The notes beneath the pieces are model-generated. The model saw nothing but the letters and a program-made list of their open reading frames with translations. It was not told the origin of the DNA and did no database searches. Position numbers and translations under genes: made by a program. A stretch of 64,000 nt of DNA. It comes from Methanotrichaceae archaeon (GTDB lineage Archaea > Halobacteriota > Methanosarcinia > Methanotrichales > Methanotrichaceae). Below, piece after piece: positions 10,449 through 20,815 of the stretch. The stretch's first letter is position 1; each line of letters starts with the position of its first letter. The stretch lies in NCBI GenBank assembly GCA_963803145.1, contig CAWDLW010000012.1, positions 1 to 64,000 on the forward strand, given 5' to 3'.

Positions 10449-11990
10449 TTAATTATGGCCTCCTCTAAAGTATGCCATTGTTTCTTTCTCGGGCCTGGAC
10501 GCCTGGGGAATAGGCGCCATGCCCTTCTTTGCTTCATATTCTATCCTCTGCTTTAAGATACACTTGCCCAGTCGCGTGCCGCCTAGAGGATTTCTCGGCG
10601 TGCCCATTGAGTTCATACATCTTGCCATTACAGCGGCACCACGCGCTAAGCCATCGTCAACAAATACAATATTCTTCTGAGGGTCATCGTATAATCCAAG
10701 CTTGGCAATCTCTTCGAGGATCAGACTTGGCTTATTGCCGCTGATCCCTGCACGGCCTGTAACTCCAATGGCTGTATTCTTGGTGACTATGCCTTCCTCG
10801 ATTCCGACTTCTACTAGCCTGCGTGCGATATGGGCTGATACTATATCGAGAGTTCCAAATAGCACCTTCAGGTTTTTCGATTTGAACATATCTTCGCCTA
10901 TCTTAGATAGCTTACACAAATCGGACCCATTTATCCCAACATCACAGCCTATCAAAACCACATTATTCATTTCCGCAGCCCGCGGACTTACGGGTACAAG
11001 TCCATATTTGGTACGGCTCATTGGAACCTTCTCTATTACTACAATCCCATCGATCTGCCTCGCATATTCCTCGGCAACCTTTCCATAGTCAGGCTTTATC
11101 TTAGGATCAAAGATATCCAATGTAGCGCCCATCTGTTTATCCACCAGCCCCGTTCCCTGGACGACAGCATCTGGTAAAGCGCCTGCCAGGCCGAGAAAGT
11201 TTCCTATGGTGTGGGCGTAGGGAAGTTCCTCGCTCGTCACCCTGCCGTCAAGAGTGGTTCCAAAATCCATTGAAAGGCAGGGATTGCGGAAATCCACATC
11301 TGTCCATCTGCTGCCCTCTTTTATGCCAGCAGTCGCAAGCTCGCCTTCCATCTCATTAGCAACGACCTCTATGCCCGTAGAACCCTGTGGCGGGAAGCAG
11401 GATGCAACAGCGCCCATGAAGATGACCCTCTCAATCATTGTATAGCGCTTGAACCTGTCGATGATGTTGTGGATGGACATTGCCGGAGTCATAAGCCTCG
11501 GCGGAACGCCTGCCATCAGGCAGCCCTGAGCCAGGGCCTGTATAAATGCGCCCACCTGATCAGGCGAGTCAAGCTCTGCCACGACGCCCGTAGATCTTAC
11601 GACGAAATGCAAATCTGTCTTGATATCTAGACGTGCCCTATCGTGACTTTCGATAAGTGTGTCTCTTACCAGTTCTGCCACTGATTCTTTTGTCAGAGCT
11701 GTGCCGTTGATTGTGCGAGCGAATACCTCCTCACCGGGCCTAGGGGACCGCACATCTCGGGTCATCTTCACAGTCTTATTTACAATATAGGTTTTGCCGG
11801 AATCCATATCTGTTGCAGTGAGGATGCTCTTTGTAGTAGTATTGCCGACTTCCACCGATGCCACGATATAGTAGGGCTTGCTCTTGAGTTCGAGGTAGTT
11901 CACAGGAGGGCTTTCCGCAACCCTGGGCTTAGGCTTGGACTTAAGGATGCTGCCAAAGTTCATATGGGCAAAAAAGGGGCTAGGAGACAT
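10449..11990 (-). CDS. Methanogenesis marker 14 protein (DUF2114, actin-like ATPase fold)
   Basis: YYIVASVEVGNTTTK, NEMEGELATAGIK, DFGTTLDG and DDGLARGAAVMARCMNS motifs. Confidence 0.9.
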   Translation of the reverse strand: MSPSPFFAHMNFGSILKSKPKPRVAESPPVNYLELKSKPYYIVASVEVGNTTTKSILTATDMDSGKTYIVNKTVKMTRDVRSPRPGEEVFARTINGTALTKESVAELVRDTLIESHDRARLDIKTDLHFVVRSTGVVAELDSPDQVGAFIQALAQGCLMAGVPPRLMTPAMSIHNIIDRFKRYTMIERVIFMGAVASCFPPQGSTGIEVVANEMEGELATAGIKEGSRWTDVDFRNPCLSMDFGTTLDGRVTSEELPYAHTIGNFLGLAGALPDAVVQGTGLVDKQMGATLDIFDPKIKPDYGKVAEEYARQIDGIVVIEKVPMSRTKYGLVPVSPRAAEMNNVVLIGCDVGINGSDLCKLSKIGEDMFKSKNLKVLFGTLDIVSAHIARRLVEVGIEEGIVTKNTAIGVTGRAGISGNKPSLILEEIAKLGLYDDPQKNIVFVDDGLARGAAVMARCMNSMGTPRNPLGGTRLGKCILKQRIEYEAKKGMAPIPQASRPEKETMAYFRGGHN

Positions 11991-12110
11991 TAAACCTTTG
12001 GGTCGATTGCAATGATACCGGCCAGCAACTTTTGGATTTGAATGTGAAATTTGTGCTTATTTCTAATGATAGGTAAAGTCTATATATAGAATTAACTTAC
12101 TATTAGAATA

Positions 12111-12990
12111 ATGCGTTTTATTGAGAGGGAGATTGAGTTCCTGGATTACATTGCAGGCTCTGAAGCGCCTCTCCGCCCCAGTAACTTCAGCCACGTGTTC
12201 AGCCTGCACCCTAAGACAGTATCCACAGTATTAACTCGGCTTCAAAATAAAGGATTAGTGGAGCGGGAGAACGGTCATATTGTTCCTGGCGAGGTCACAG
12301 CCAGCGGAAAGTTTCAAAAAGCTCTATTATGCCCATAGAGCTTCTCCATTTCGAGCTATCCTGGCGTACGGTAGAGCAGATCTTATAAGTAAATTGGATC
12401 AAAGTGCAAAAGGCGTTGAAGAGCTGTCACTGGAAACAGGCATCCCTCAGAAAACCATATACTATTACTTGAAATATCTCCAACGCCTTGGAATAGTGAG
12501 AAAAAGCAAGAGCGGTAAAAGAGGTCTGTACTCCTTTAACTTCCTCTTCTGGGGGGAGCTTAAGGATTTTGTGATCTCCTTACAGGAATACCAAGAAAAG
12601 CGGCTCATTCCTAGGGAGGCGCTATTGATCAAAAGCTATAGAGATGGCATCCTTTTCAAAAGCATAAGCGATCTGGATGCTACAACAACATCTTTCAGCG
12701 CTTATGGACAGTACGGTATTGAGCTGGCTCTCAGGGATAACTATTACATCCTGCCTAAGAGAGATCTATCCATAGCTGATGTCTTCCTCCACTCTCTTGA
12801 CTGTGCAGAAGACCTTGCTCATAGATTATTTTGTATATTGTTCTATTTAAAAAACAAGGATAAATTGGAGAGCATCAAACATCCTATGATGAAGGAGATC
12901 GAGGCAGTTTTGCAGGGAGGGATGGTAAAGGGTTATCCGACTCTTGATGACATCAAGGACAGGGCTGAGCTGTATGATATCGAGATCTGA
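12111..12990 (+). pseudogene. Double winged-HTH transcriptional regulator/antitoxin, split by a +1 frameshift near 12281-12286
   Basis: MarR-like HTH (HPKTVSTVLTRLQNKGLVER) continues in the +1 frame into LARSQPAESFK and a second HTH (GVEELSLETGIPQKTIYYYL). Confidence 0.7.
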
Positions 12991-13642
12991 TAGAATCTCT
13001 TGCAGGGAGGAAGTTGATGAGCTTTTCGAGCAGCTAGGAAATATTCTTGGGAGGTCAATTCCTCTTCTGGTCATAGGTGGGGCGGCCATGATGGAATATG
13101 GGCTGAAGGACTCCACAAAGGATATCGACATCGTCTGTAGATCGGAGGAGGATAAAGCGGAGATACTCAGATGTGCAGGGGATTTGGGCTACGAGCGTGT
13201 ATGGCCCAGGGTTAGGCATGCCAGGTTGGGGCTTAATAGAATCGCTGTAAAAGGAGGACATACTCTGGATGTTTTTCCTGCCAAGATCTCCTACGACTTT
13301 GGGCTTTCTGATGCCATGTGGGAGCGTGCTCGAAAGCAGAAAGCTATTGGAATGGCTGACATAAGATACGCCTCTCCAGAGGATATATTCATAATGAAAC
13401 TCATAGCCAACAGGCCGGGGGATGCGCCTGATTGTGCGGCGTTGGTATCTGTAGGCCTGGATTTTGATGTAGTCTATGAAGAGATTGAGTCGCAGTACCA
13501 TAGTGTAGGGCAGAGAAATCAGAAGGTCTGGGTCATATTTATTGAAGAAGGGATAGCACGGCTGCTGGATTTTGGGATGACGATTCCTATTGCCGATAAG
13601 ATATCGCTGTTGGTATATGAGCATAATGAAGTATCTTTCTAG
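12974..13642 (+). CDS. Nucleotidyltransferase (DUF6036/AbiEii-like), probable toxin partner
   Basis: IGGAAM...STKDIDIV polymerase-beta NTase motif and C-terminal IMKL..RPGD..D; overlaps the end of the HTH gene. Confidence 0.75.
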   Translation: MISRSDRISCREEVDELFEQLGNILGRSIPLLVIGGAAMMEYGLKDSTKDIDIVCRSEEDKAEILRCAGDLGYERVWPRVRHARLGLNRIAVKGGHTLDVFPAKISYDFGLSDAMWERARKQKAIGMADIRYASPEDIFIMKLIANRPGDAPDCAALVSVGLDFDVVYEEIESQYHSVGQRNQKVWVIFIEEGIARLLDFGMTIPIADKISLLVYEHNEVSF

Positions 13643-13900
13643 GTACTGAAGCAATTGAAAAATTTACTTCTACAAATGTTGCGGGCAAAATCATTCGTTC
13701 TTTAAATTTTACCTTTCTTGTGTAAGCTGTAACTTGGTCAAATCAAACTTTTGTATGATCTGCTTGCAACTATCCTGCATACTCCTTATGGATTGAGGGA
13801 GTATCAGGCCCAAATCCATCGTTAAAGAAAGTGAGCTATTTAATTTTCGAGACAAATTATTTATGCTATAAGTGAACATATTATCAATGGGGTAGTAGCA

Positions 13901-14302
13901 ATGAGAGTATCGGCCGTAAGGACGAGGGTATCCGTTGTAAGGACGCTTGATGATCGATATATGGAGTTTATAAATGATCTCCAAAGCTTAGGGGAGCTTC
14001 AGAATGTAATCAGGCTTATCGCTTCGCGATCGAGCATAAATCTATCGAGTGTAGATGTGAAATCAGATGATACAAGCCTTGATCTTGAGAAGCTTGAATC
14101 AAACACGACGATGAGAGCATTATGGGAAAACGGCTCGATAGAGCTACACGAGGCAAAAAGAATAAGGAAGGGAACTTTAAGAAGGGCCTTCAAACTCAGC
14201 ATAGATCTGGACAAAATATCTCACCACTTTGAGCAGGAGAGGACTCAGAGGTCTATTCTATCAAAGGAATGTGTATCTCACGAGGCAAAATCGCTTTCTT
14301 AA
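13901..14302 (+). CDS. Divergent Methanosarcinales-type winged-helix regulator (COG4738-like)
   Basis: VRTLDDRYMEFINDLQSLG..NVIRLI and KG...FKLSIDLDKI resemble this family. The N-terminus has a 21-bp tandem duplication (RVSAVRT/RVSVVRT). Confidence 0.5.
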   Translation: MRVSAVRTRVSVVRTLDDRYMEFINDLQSLGELQNVIRLIASRSSINLSSVDVKSDDTSLDLEKLESNTTMRALWENGSIELHEAKRIRKGTLRRAFKLSIDLDKISHHFEQERTQRSILSKECVSHEAKSLS

Positions 14303-14403
14303 TTTTTCGTTTTATACCACTGGGCATCATTTAAACAAATCTATAAAGGCATCACCAAAAGACGATGCCTTGTTAATTTACCTAAATAATTTTGATCAGG
14401 CGG

Positions 14404-15144
14404 TCATCTCGCAGCGGCCTCTTTCTTAACCTCTTTCTGCCAGCCGCGCATGAATGCTTCCCAGTCCTGATAGTGGTCCCTGAGGACGGTACAAATGTTT
14501 TCCATCAATCCGAAGGGTATTCCCACAACAACGCTCTCATCATCAAGCTGGGCATTTCTGGCTGATCCATCGCAGCCCAAAGAAACGTTTACTTCGCCAT
14601 CCAGGTAGGGTGATGATGTTGCATCGGCACAGAAGGATTGGATGCCTGCAGTGTTGAAGGTCGAGCGGCCTCCCTCTTTATACATAACCGCCTGAGTGAT
14701 TCTCCTCGCCTGAAGAGGATTCCCGACAAATATAACGACATCGGGATTAACGACCATCTCCTGCAAAGGCGCAACATATGTCGCAACAGTTTGGCCTGCA
14801 GGTATACGGGGCATGTTCTCAGAGATGCTGATGCCTAAATCTTTAGTCTCGCATTTATGAAGCTTATCGAAATACAGTGATCCTGAAGCTATATTCTCAG
14901 GGCACTCCATCAAGCCTATGGCAGATGCGCCACCCTTGCACTCATGATAATCTGCGTGTGCCAGGAAGCTGTCTCCCTTGAGCCTGGCAGTCTGGATCAT
15001 CTGACAATACCTAAAAGGCCTCTCCAGGGACTCAAGCTCCTTCGGTATATCCTCTTCGCTTTTGAAAAGCTTTACACCTACAATGTTATCCCTTATGCCT
15101 AGGGATTCTTTCATTATGTCAGACATCTCTTCAGGATTCATCAA
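14404..15144 (-). CDS. DUF169 family protein
   Basis: VGVKLF, YCQMI, CKGGA..IG, PDVVIF, QSFCAD and SLGCDGSAR cysteine pattern. Confidence 0.85.
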   Translation of the reverse strand: MMNPEEMSDIMKESLGIRDNIVGVKLFKSEEDIPKELESLERPFRYCQMIQTARLKGDSFLAHADYHECKGGASAIGLMECPENIASGSLYFDKLHKCETKDLGISISENMPRIPAGQTVATYVAPLQEMVVNPDVVIFVGNPLQARRITQAVMYKEGGRSTFNTAGIQSFCADATSSPYLDGEVNVSLGCDGSARNAQLDDESVVVGIPFGLMENICTVLRDHYQDWEAFMRGWQKEVKKEAAAR

Positions 15145-15254
15145 ATTACCTCTACCATGAACTAACGCTTGGATGGCATTTCTCCTTTACGCTTCTTTAA
15201 TCTTGCGTAATGAAGCTTGCAAAAATGATTGTAAGCCTTATAAAAAAGTGGGGA

Positions 15255-15689
15255 TCAGGCCCCTTTGGACCCTTTAGGATAGCTTGCCACTACGTTTCCA
15301 GAGGCATCCTTTAAGGTAGCTAGGTCTCCGTCATTGTTCCAAACAGGACTGTTTCTACCCCAATATAAATCGGTTAAAGTATCATCTCCTTTTCCGGTAT
15401 GAACTTTGACTAACGAACCTGCCTTTAGGGTGTAGTTTTTGAAGGCATATGTATGATTATCCTTGTCTTCAAGGGTCCACTTAACGAGGCTTTGATCAGA
15501 TGATCCCTCATTGGCTATCTCGACCCATTCTCCGTTCAAGTTTTCCTTCTCAGGACTTGGGGCAATGAAGCTTACATCCTTTATTATTATCTTATCGTTG
15601 CCAGACTCGCCTTCAGCTAAGGACAATCCTACAAGAAAGGTCAACAAAACCGAGACCAGGATGCCCCCAAATATTTGGCTCTTCATCAT
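15255..15689 (-). CDS. Secreted lamin-tail-domain (LTD) protein
   Basis: Signal peptide; NLNGEWVEIAN, WTLED, VKVHTG and VWNNDGD.ATLKD. Confidence 0.85.
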   Translation of the reverse strand: MMKSQIFGGILVSVLLTFLVGLSLAEGESGNDKIIIKDVSFIAPSPEKENLNGEWVEIANEGSSDQSLVKWTLEDKDNHTYAFKNYTLKAGSLVKVHTGKGDDTLTDLYWGRNSPVWNNDGDLATLKDASGNVVASYPKGSKGA

Positions 15690-15859
15690 CGTATCTCCTC
15701 CGACCTACTTTTGGTACTGATCTGAGATAGGTCAAAAACCGATATAAATCTTTCTACTGAAACGATATTAAAATGCAATAAATTGATAATGAAGGGCTAG
15801 GATAGTTCTGATATCCCGCCCCTTTAATTTTGAGAAAGGCGTATCGGCTTATCCCAAGG

Positions 15860-16918
15860 CTACTGCTGAACACCTGCAGCCGGGTAAGCTGAGCAGACCC
15901 CATTAATACAGACCGCATTAGCTGGGCATACATTCCCGCATTTGCCACAGTTTTGTGAGTCGGAGCTTGTATCAACACAGTTTCCATTGCAGCTGGTTTG
16001 GCCCGGCAGACAAGGCGATGAGCAGACTCCATCAATACAGTTTGAATCTGCGGGACATATGTTGCCACATTTGCCGCAGTTTTGAGAATCGACGCTTGTA
16101 TCAGTGCATGTTCCGTTACATAAGTTCTGGCCTAGAGGGCATGTTTGGTTTACAGTGGCATTGGCTTGAAGCGGATTAGTTATAAGAACTGGCGCATTAG
16201 ATGGATTCTGGGCAGTGTTTGGGGCCCCAGGAGTGATCAGAACCGGTTGAGTTCCTGGACTTTTCACTGATGCCTGGGTTGTAGCATTGACCAAGAGGGG
16301 TGCAGCTGCAGGACCGACAGGAGTAACTGTCGGGGCAGGAGCACTTCCCGTTGTAGTATTATATTCTGCTGCAATCTCGCCTTGAGCATCAAGCAACGTT
16401 ATCATGTCGCCGCTATTGCTAAAGAGAGGCGCTGTGCTATTAGTGTACAGATCCGTCGTGCTGCTTCTTCCAGACCCCTGATGAACCCTTACGATCGATC
16501 CAGGGTCCAGATTGATGTTGGGGAACACATAAGCGGAGTTCGCATTGTTCTTCAATCTCCAGCCTGTCAGGTTGGTGGCAGTAATTCCTTGGTTCCCTAT
16601 CCCAATCCACATGCCTCCCACGCTGTTCACCTGCACGATGCTGACAGCTTCAGCCTTATTAGGACCAAATATTGAAGTTACATTCGCGAGCTGTGCCACA
16701 TTAGTGGTTTTAGCCCCTGGATTAACTTGCACAGATGCGTTATTGGCGGTTCCAGCTGTATTGCTATTGCTTGTTGTTGTCGCATTAGCTGCAATCGTGT
16801 TATTGCCTGCAGCACTGCTCGACGCAGTGTATCCTGCTTGATTTTGTGCGACGGTTGTAGATAATAATGCCGCCGAAAAAGCCAGCAGCATAATCACGCA
16901 TACTGTCATATTTTTCAT
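15860..16918 (-). CDS. Secreted LTD protein with two C-terminal Cys-rich (Stig1-like) repeats
   Basis: Signal peptide, N/T/A-rich linker, LTD (NLTGWRL..VRVHQG..GDMITLLD), then two CxxGQxxCNGxCxDTSxDSQNCGKCGNxCP repeats. Confidence 0.75.
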   Translation of the reverse strand: MKNMTVCVIMLLAFSAALLSTTVAQNQAGYTASSSAAGNNTIAANATTTSNSNTAGTANNASVQVNPGAKTTNVAQLANVTSIFGPNKAEAVSIVQVNSVGGMWIGIGNQGITATNLTGWRLKNNANSAYVFPNINLDPGSIVRVHQGSGRSSTTDLYTNSTAPLFSNSGDMITLLDAQGEIAAEYNTTTGSAPAPTVTPVGPAAAPLLVNATTQASVKSPGTQPVLITPGAPNTAQNPSNAPVLITNPLQANATVNQTCPLGQNLCNGTCTDTSVDSQNCGKCGNICPADSNCIDGVCSSPCLPGQTSCNGNCVDTSSDSQNCGKCGNVCPANAVCINGVCSAYPAAGVQQ

Positions 16919-17491
16919 AATTTCATATTCTCCTATAAGTAACTGAACTCTTGAATAATATAAACATTGCCGGTAGTTAAGTACGTTTTATCAGTACTTT
17001 TAACATTTTGGAAATCTTTTCTCCATTGTATAGATAAATGAAGATCATCAAATCGCCGTTATAAACGAATATTGAGTTATGTGATCAACAAATATAGAAA
17101 GGTGTAATTTATGTCGAAATAGAATTCCGGACCTCTGTTTAACAAAAAAGACTAGAAGTACTGTTTAAATGAAGGATGGCTGCTTGGGATTATGTGCTTT
17201 ATAAAATTATCTGTCCGATAGAGCATGCATAAGTGACATTACTTGGAAAGGTTTCAGGTTAGGGTAGAGATTACCATATCTTGCTGTGTTATGCAGGACT
17301 ATGAGCCTATATGCCTTTTTGATCTCTGTGCGGCTTAAATGCTTAGATCTATCACTATTTTAAGCCACATCTAGAAGCTCACAGCCCTGCAAACAGCATT
17401 TTGAAACGCTGATGCTATTAAATTAACGTTTTTCCGTTTCCCTTTTCTTTTATTTTCTCAAAAGGATTGGTTACAAAAACGTTGCTCTTAG

Positions 17492-17734
17492 TTATTTTTT
17501 AGTTGTGGTTGTGGTTGTGGTTATGTTCATGGTTGTGTTTGTGGTCATGTTCGTAGTCATGTTCTTGGTGACGTTCTTGGTCATGTTCTCAGTGACGTTC
17601 TTGGTCATGTTCTCAGTGGCGTTCTTGGTGACGTTATTATCGCTGGTCATCTTCTCTGCTGCAAAGGCAACTCCCAGTGTGAGAGCCATCAGTAGAGAGA
17701 AGAGAACCAGTCCAGATCCAATTTTGCTTACCAT
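17492..17734 (-). CDS. Small secreted peptide made of N-x-T tetrapeptide repeats
   Basis: Signal peptide followed by a 12-nt periodic repeat giving ten N-x-T sequons. Confidence 0.7.
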   Translation of the reverse strand: MVSKIGSGLVLFSLLMALTLGVAFAAEKMTSDNNVTKNATENMTKNVTENMTKNVTKNMTTNMTTNTTMNITTTTTTTKK

Positions 17735-18109
17735 GTTTTACACTCCGTTGATAATGTTTTGTGCGACCTTTTGCAGATCTAAAATTTAAGCTTTTCTCTA
17801 AAAAAGAGAGATATATATTTTGAATTAGGAAAAATATTTGTCAATCATTAACAAATTTCTGGAAATACAGGAAAAATAATCAAGGAAATCCCTGAAAAAT
17901 TATTTAGCTCTCGCTAAATAAGCTAGCCCTAATTAATATAAGTAGAGAACTGTGTTGAATCCATTTCTATATCCAACTATGGATGAATCTTTAAGATCAA
18001 GACAGTCATCGGTCTCTTCAATACGCGGAGATGTGCAAACTCTATCTTGATTGGCATACTATCTCTTTCGCCTTTGCTTGAGGTCCGATATCAGCTTCAG
18101 TGCCCTGCC

Positions 18110-19429
18110 CTATCTTTTTCTGTATTCTTTGCAGCTCTCGATGAAATGATCTACAGGGTATGTGTAGAAATGGGTATGTAAATATCCGCCGAGCGTGCTA
18201 TGCTCAACAAGGCCATCAAAGCCGTTATTGGTTCCCTTGCCCCTTTGAAGTTTATACGCGAACCTGGCATCGCCTTCACATTCAATCCTAGAATAATGGA
18301 ACTCATGGCCTCTGATAGCCTTGCCCAGGTGGACAATTGGGTTGGATCTTATACAGCTTGCTTCGACGTAGCCCAGCGCCTGAAGCTTCTTTGTCATAAT
18401 AGTAGTGGCGGGAAGCGCTCCTACCATGCGGTACTTCGTTTCCTCAGCGACCAATCTTTCTGAGAGATACATCAACCCGCCGCATTCTCCATAAATGGGC
18501 ATGCCGTCCTCGGATGCTGCTTTGATCTGTTCGCGAGCCCTCCCCTCTTCAAGCTCTTTGGCATGCAGCTCAGGGTAGCCTCCTCCGATGTAGATGCCAT
18601 CAACATCCGGCAGCTCATCGCTGATAGGGCTGAAGAATACTATCTCTGCGCCCCTCCTTTGAAGCTCGCTTAGGTTTTCCTGGTAATAGAAGCAAAACGC
18701 CTCATCGAGCGCTACACCTATCCTGACGATGCTCTCGCGCTCAGGCTCCCTTTTGAAGTCAGGACATGGATTGCAGGATAACTTAAGGATTTTATCCAGA
18801 TCTGCATGTTCCTCCACTAAATCAGCCAATGCGTCCAGATCATGCTCTCTCTCAAAGCCCATTTCGAGGCCAAGGTGCCTGCTCTTCAGCTCTATCTCCT
18901 TTTTTCTGGGAATAGCTCCAATGATTGGGAGTTTAAGAGAGGAACGAAGCATTGATAGGTGCCGCTCGCTTCCTACTCGGTTAAGGATGGTGCCGGCTAC
19001 TACTACATCGGGATCAAAGCTTGTGAAGCCCAGCTCCATCGCTCGCGCGCTACGGGACATACCGTGTACGTTTATTACTAAAAGGACTGGGATGCCGAGA
19101 ATCTTGGCAACCTGAGCAGTGCTGCCAGTCTCAGTTGCATCCATTCCATCGTAAAGTCCCATCACACCTTCTATTATAGCCACATCTGCGCCAGCGATAC
19201 CGCTACAGAAGGAGCGCTTTATCCCATCGATGTCCATCATAAAAGGATCCAGATTTCTCGATGAGCGGCCGCAGATAGCAGTGTGGTGAGATGGATCTAT
19301 AAAATCTGGGCCGACTTTAAAGGGTTGGACGTTGTAGCCGCGACGTTTCAATGCCGCCATCAATCCAAGGGTAACTGTGGTCTTGCCAACGCCGCTATGA
19401 GTGCCTGCGATGAGCACTGCCGGGATCAT
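18110..19429 (-). CDS. cbiA: Cobyrinate a,c-diamide synthase (CbiA/CobB family; CfbB not excluded)
   Basis: SGVGKTT, FKVGPDFIDP, IEGVMGLYDG, SRHLGL, YGECGGLMYL and GHEFHYS. Confidence 0.85.
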   Translation of the reverse strand: MIPAVLIAGTHSGVGKTTVTLGLMAALKRRGYNVQPFKVGPDFIDPSHHTAICGRSSRNLDPFMMDIDGIKRSFCSGIAGADVAIIEGVMGLYDGMDATETGSTAQVAKILGIPVLLVINVHGMSRSARAMELGFTSFDPDVVVAGTILNRVGSERHLSMLRSSLKLPIIGAIPRKKEIELKSRHLGLEMGFEREHDLDALADLVEEHADLDKILKLSCNPCPDFKREPERESIVRIGVALDEAFCFYYQENLSELQRRGAEIVFFSPISDELPDVDGIYIGGGYPELHAKELEEGRAREQIKAASEDGMPIYGECGGLMYLSERLVAEETKYRMVGALPATTIMTKKLQALGYVEASCIRSNPIVHLGKAIRGHEFHYSRIECEGDARFAYKLQRGKGTNNGFDGLVEHSTLGGYLHTHFYTYPVDHFIESCKEYRKR

Positions 19430-19513
19430 GGTGAAAGAGTGTTTCTCAGGTTCTTAAATATACTTCCTTGTGATGAGCGACATTTGGGCAGCTTAGCTAG
19501 TGAAAGGCGTTAT

Positions 19514-20787
19514 AGAATAGCGGGCTGAAAACTCCGGCCATCAGGCCGGAAATGAAAACCGTACGCTTTCCATTTTACTTTCGCGCTGTACTCATTAGCT
19601 ATATCTCCTCAGCAGCATGTCAGTAGATAGGTATGAAGATAGCCTACAAGTTCAGAATGTATCCTAACAGGCAACAAGAAAACATGTTAGACTTAACTCT
19701 TGAGACTTGCAGGCATCTCTATAACTTAGCTTTGGCAGATAGGAAGAACGCCTATGGAGTTGAAGGTATCTGTCGTTGCTACGAAGACCAGGCTGCAATG
19801 TTGACGGCCTCGAAGAAAGAAGGCAATTTCAAGGGCGTCTTTTCTCAAGTGCTTCAAGATGTTCTGAGAAGGCTAGACAAATCTTTCAAAGCCTTCTTCC
19901 GAAGGGTCAAGGCTGGAGAAGAACCAGGCTATCCTCGATTCAAAGGACATGGATGGTACAAGTCGTTCACATATCCACAGGTAGGATTCAAGCTTGAAGG
20001 CTCAAAACTGACTCTATCCAAGATAGGTTCTATCAGAATCTTCAAGCATAGGGAAATTGAGGGCAAGATTAAGACTTGCACTATTAAGAAAGATAATCTA
20101 GGGCATTGGTATGCTATCCTGGTATCTGAGATAGAGGACATTCCTCAGGTAGAACCAAAGACTGCTGTTGGTGTAGATGTTGGCCTAAAGAACCAGGTGG
20201 CAACTTCAACAGGGGAGACTATTCAATATCCTCGATACTATATCAGAGATGAACAAAAGCTTGCTGTAGCCCAAAGAAACCTCTCCAGGAAGAAGAAAGG
20301 ATCAAGCAACCGCCAAAAAGCCAAAATCAAAGTCGCGAAGCTTCATCAGAAGATCCAAAACCATAGGGACGAGTTCCTGCATCAGGTATCCAGAAAGCTC
20401 GTAGACTGCGCAGACCTAATAGTATTCGAGAACCTGAATATCAATGGAATGCTGAAGAACCATCATCTGGCAAAGCATATTCAAGATCATGCTTGGGGCA
20501 AGTTGATCCAGTTCACACAAAGCAAAGCTGCAAAGGCTGGCAAGATCGTTGAACTGGTAGAGGCTAGATACACGTCTCAAAAGTGCTCCCAGTGTGGTAT
20601 AATGGTTCCTAAGACACTGGCAGATAGAACCCATCTTTGCCCTAACTGTGGATTACAGATGGATAGAGATATCAATGCCAGTGTGAACATTCGCACCCTC
20701 GGACTGAGGGGAAGAGCCTATCGAGATACTGCAATAGCAGATCGTTGAAGTAGGAAGCTCCGCTCTTTAGGGCGGAGAGGAAGTCAC
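19514..20787 (+). mobile_element. IS200/IS605-family element carrying only tnpB (IS1341-like)
   Basis: Left hairpin TCCGGCC-atca-GGCCGGA preceded by AAAA-C, with TTAT at 19510-19513. Right hairpin TCCGCTC-ttta-GGGCGGA preceded by GAAG-C and ending in TCAC. No tnpA. Confidence 0.85.
19633..20748 (+). CDS. tnpB: RNA-guided endonuclease TnpB
   Basis: AYKFRMYP HTH, GYPRFK, RuvC residues GVDVG / FENL / DRDINAS, and Zn finger CSQC..CPNC. Confidence 0.95.
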   Translation: MKIAYKFRMYPNRQQENMLDLTLETCRHLYNLALADRKNAYGVEGICRCYEDQAAMLTASKKEGNFKGVFSQVLQDVLRRLDKSFKAFFRRVKAGEEPGYPRFKGHGWYKSFTYPQVGFKLEGSKLTLSKIGSIRIFKHREIEGKIKTCTIKKDNLGHWYAILVSEIEDIPQVEPKTAVGVDVGLKNQVATSTGETIQYPRYYIRDEQKLAVAQRNLSRKKKGSSNRQKAKIKVAKLHQKIQNHRDEFLHQVSRKLVDCADLIVFENLNINGMLKNHHLAKHIQDHAWGKLIQFTQSKAAKAGKIVELVEARYTSQKCSQCGIMVPKTLADRTHLCPNCGLQMDRDINASVNIRTLGLRGRAYRDTAIADR

Positions 20788-20803
20788 CAAGTGCGATTAG
20801 ATG
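20640..20803 (+). ncRNA. Predicted omega/reRNA of the TnpB element (boundaries approximate)
   Basis: In IS200/IS605 elements the omegaRNA overlaps the tnpB 3' end and right-end hairpin. The guide would start at 20788 (CAAGTGCGATTAGATG). Confidence 0.45.
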
Positions 20804-20815
20804 CTATAAAACAAG

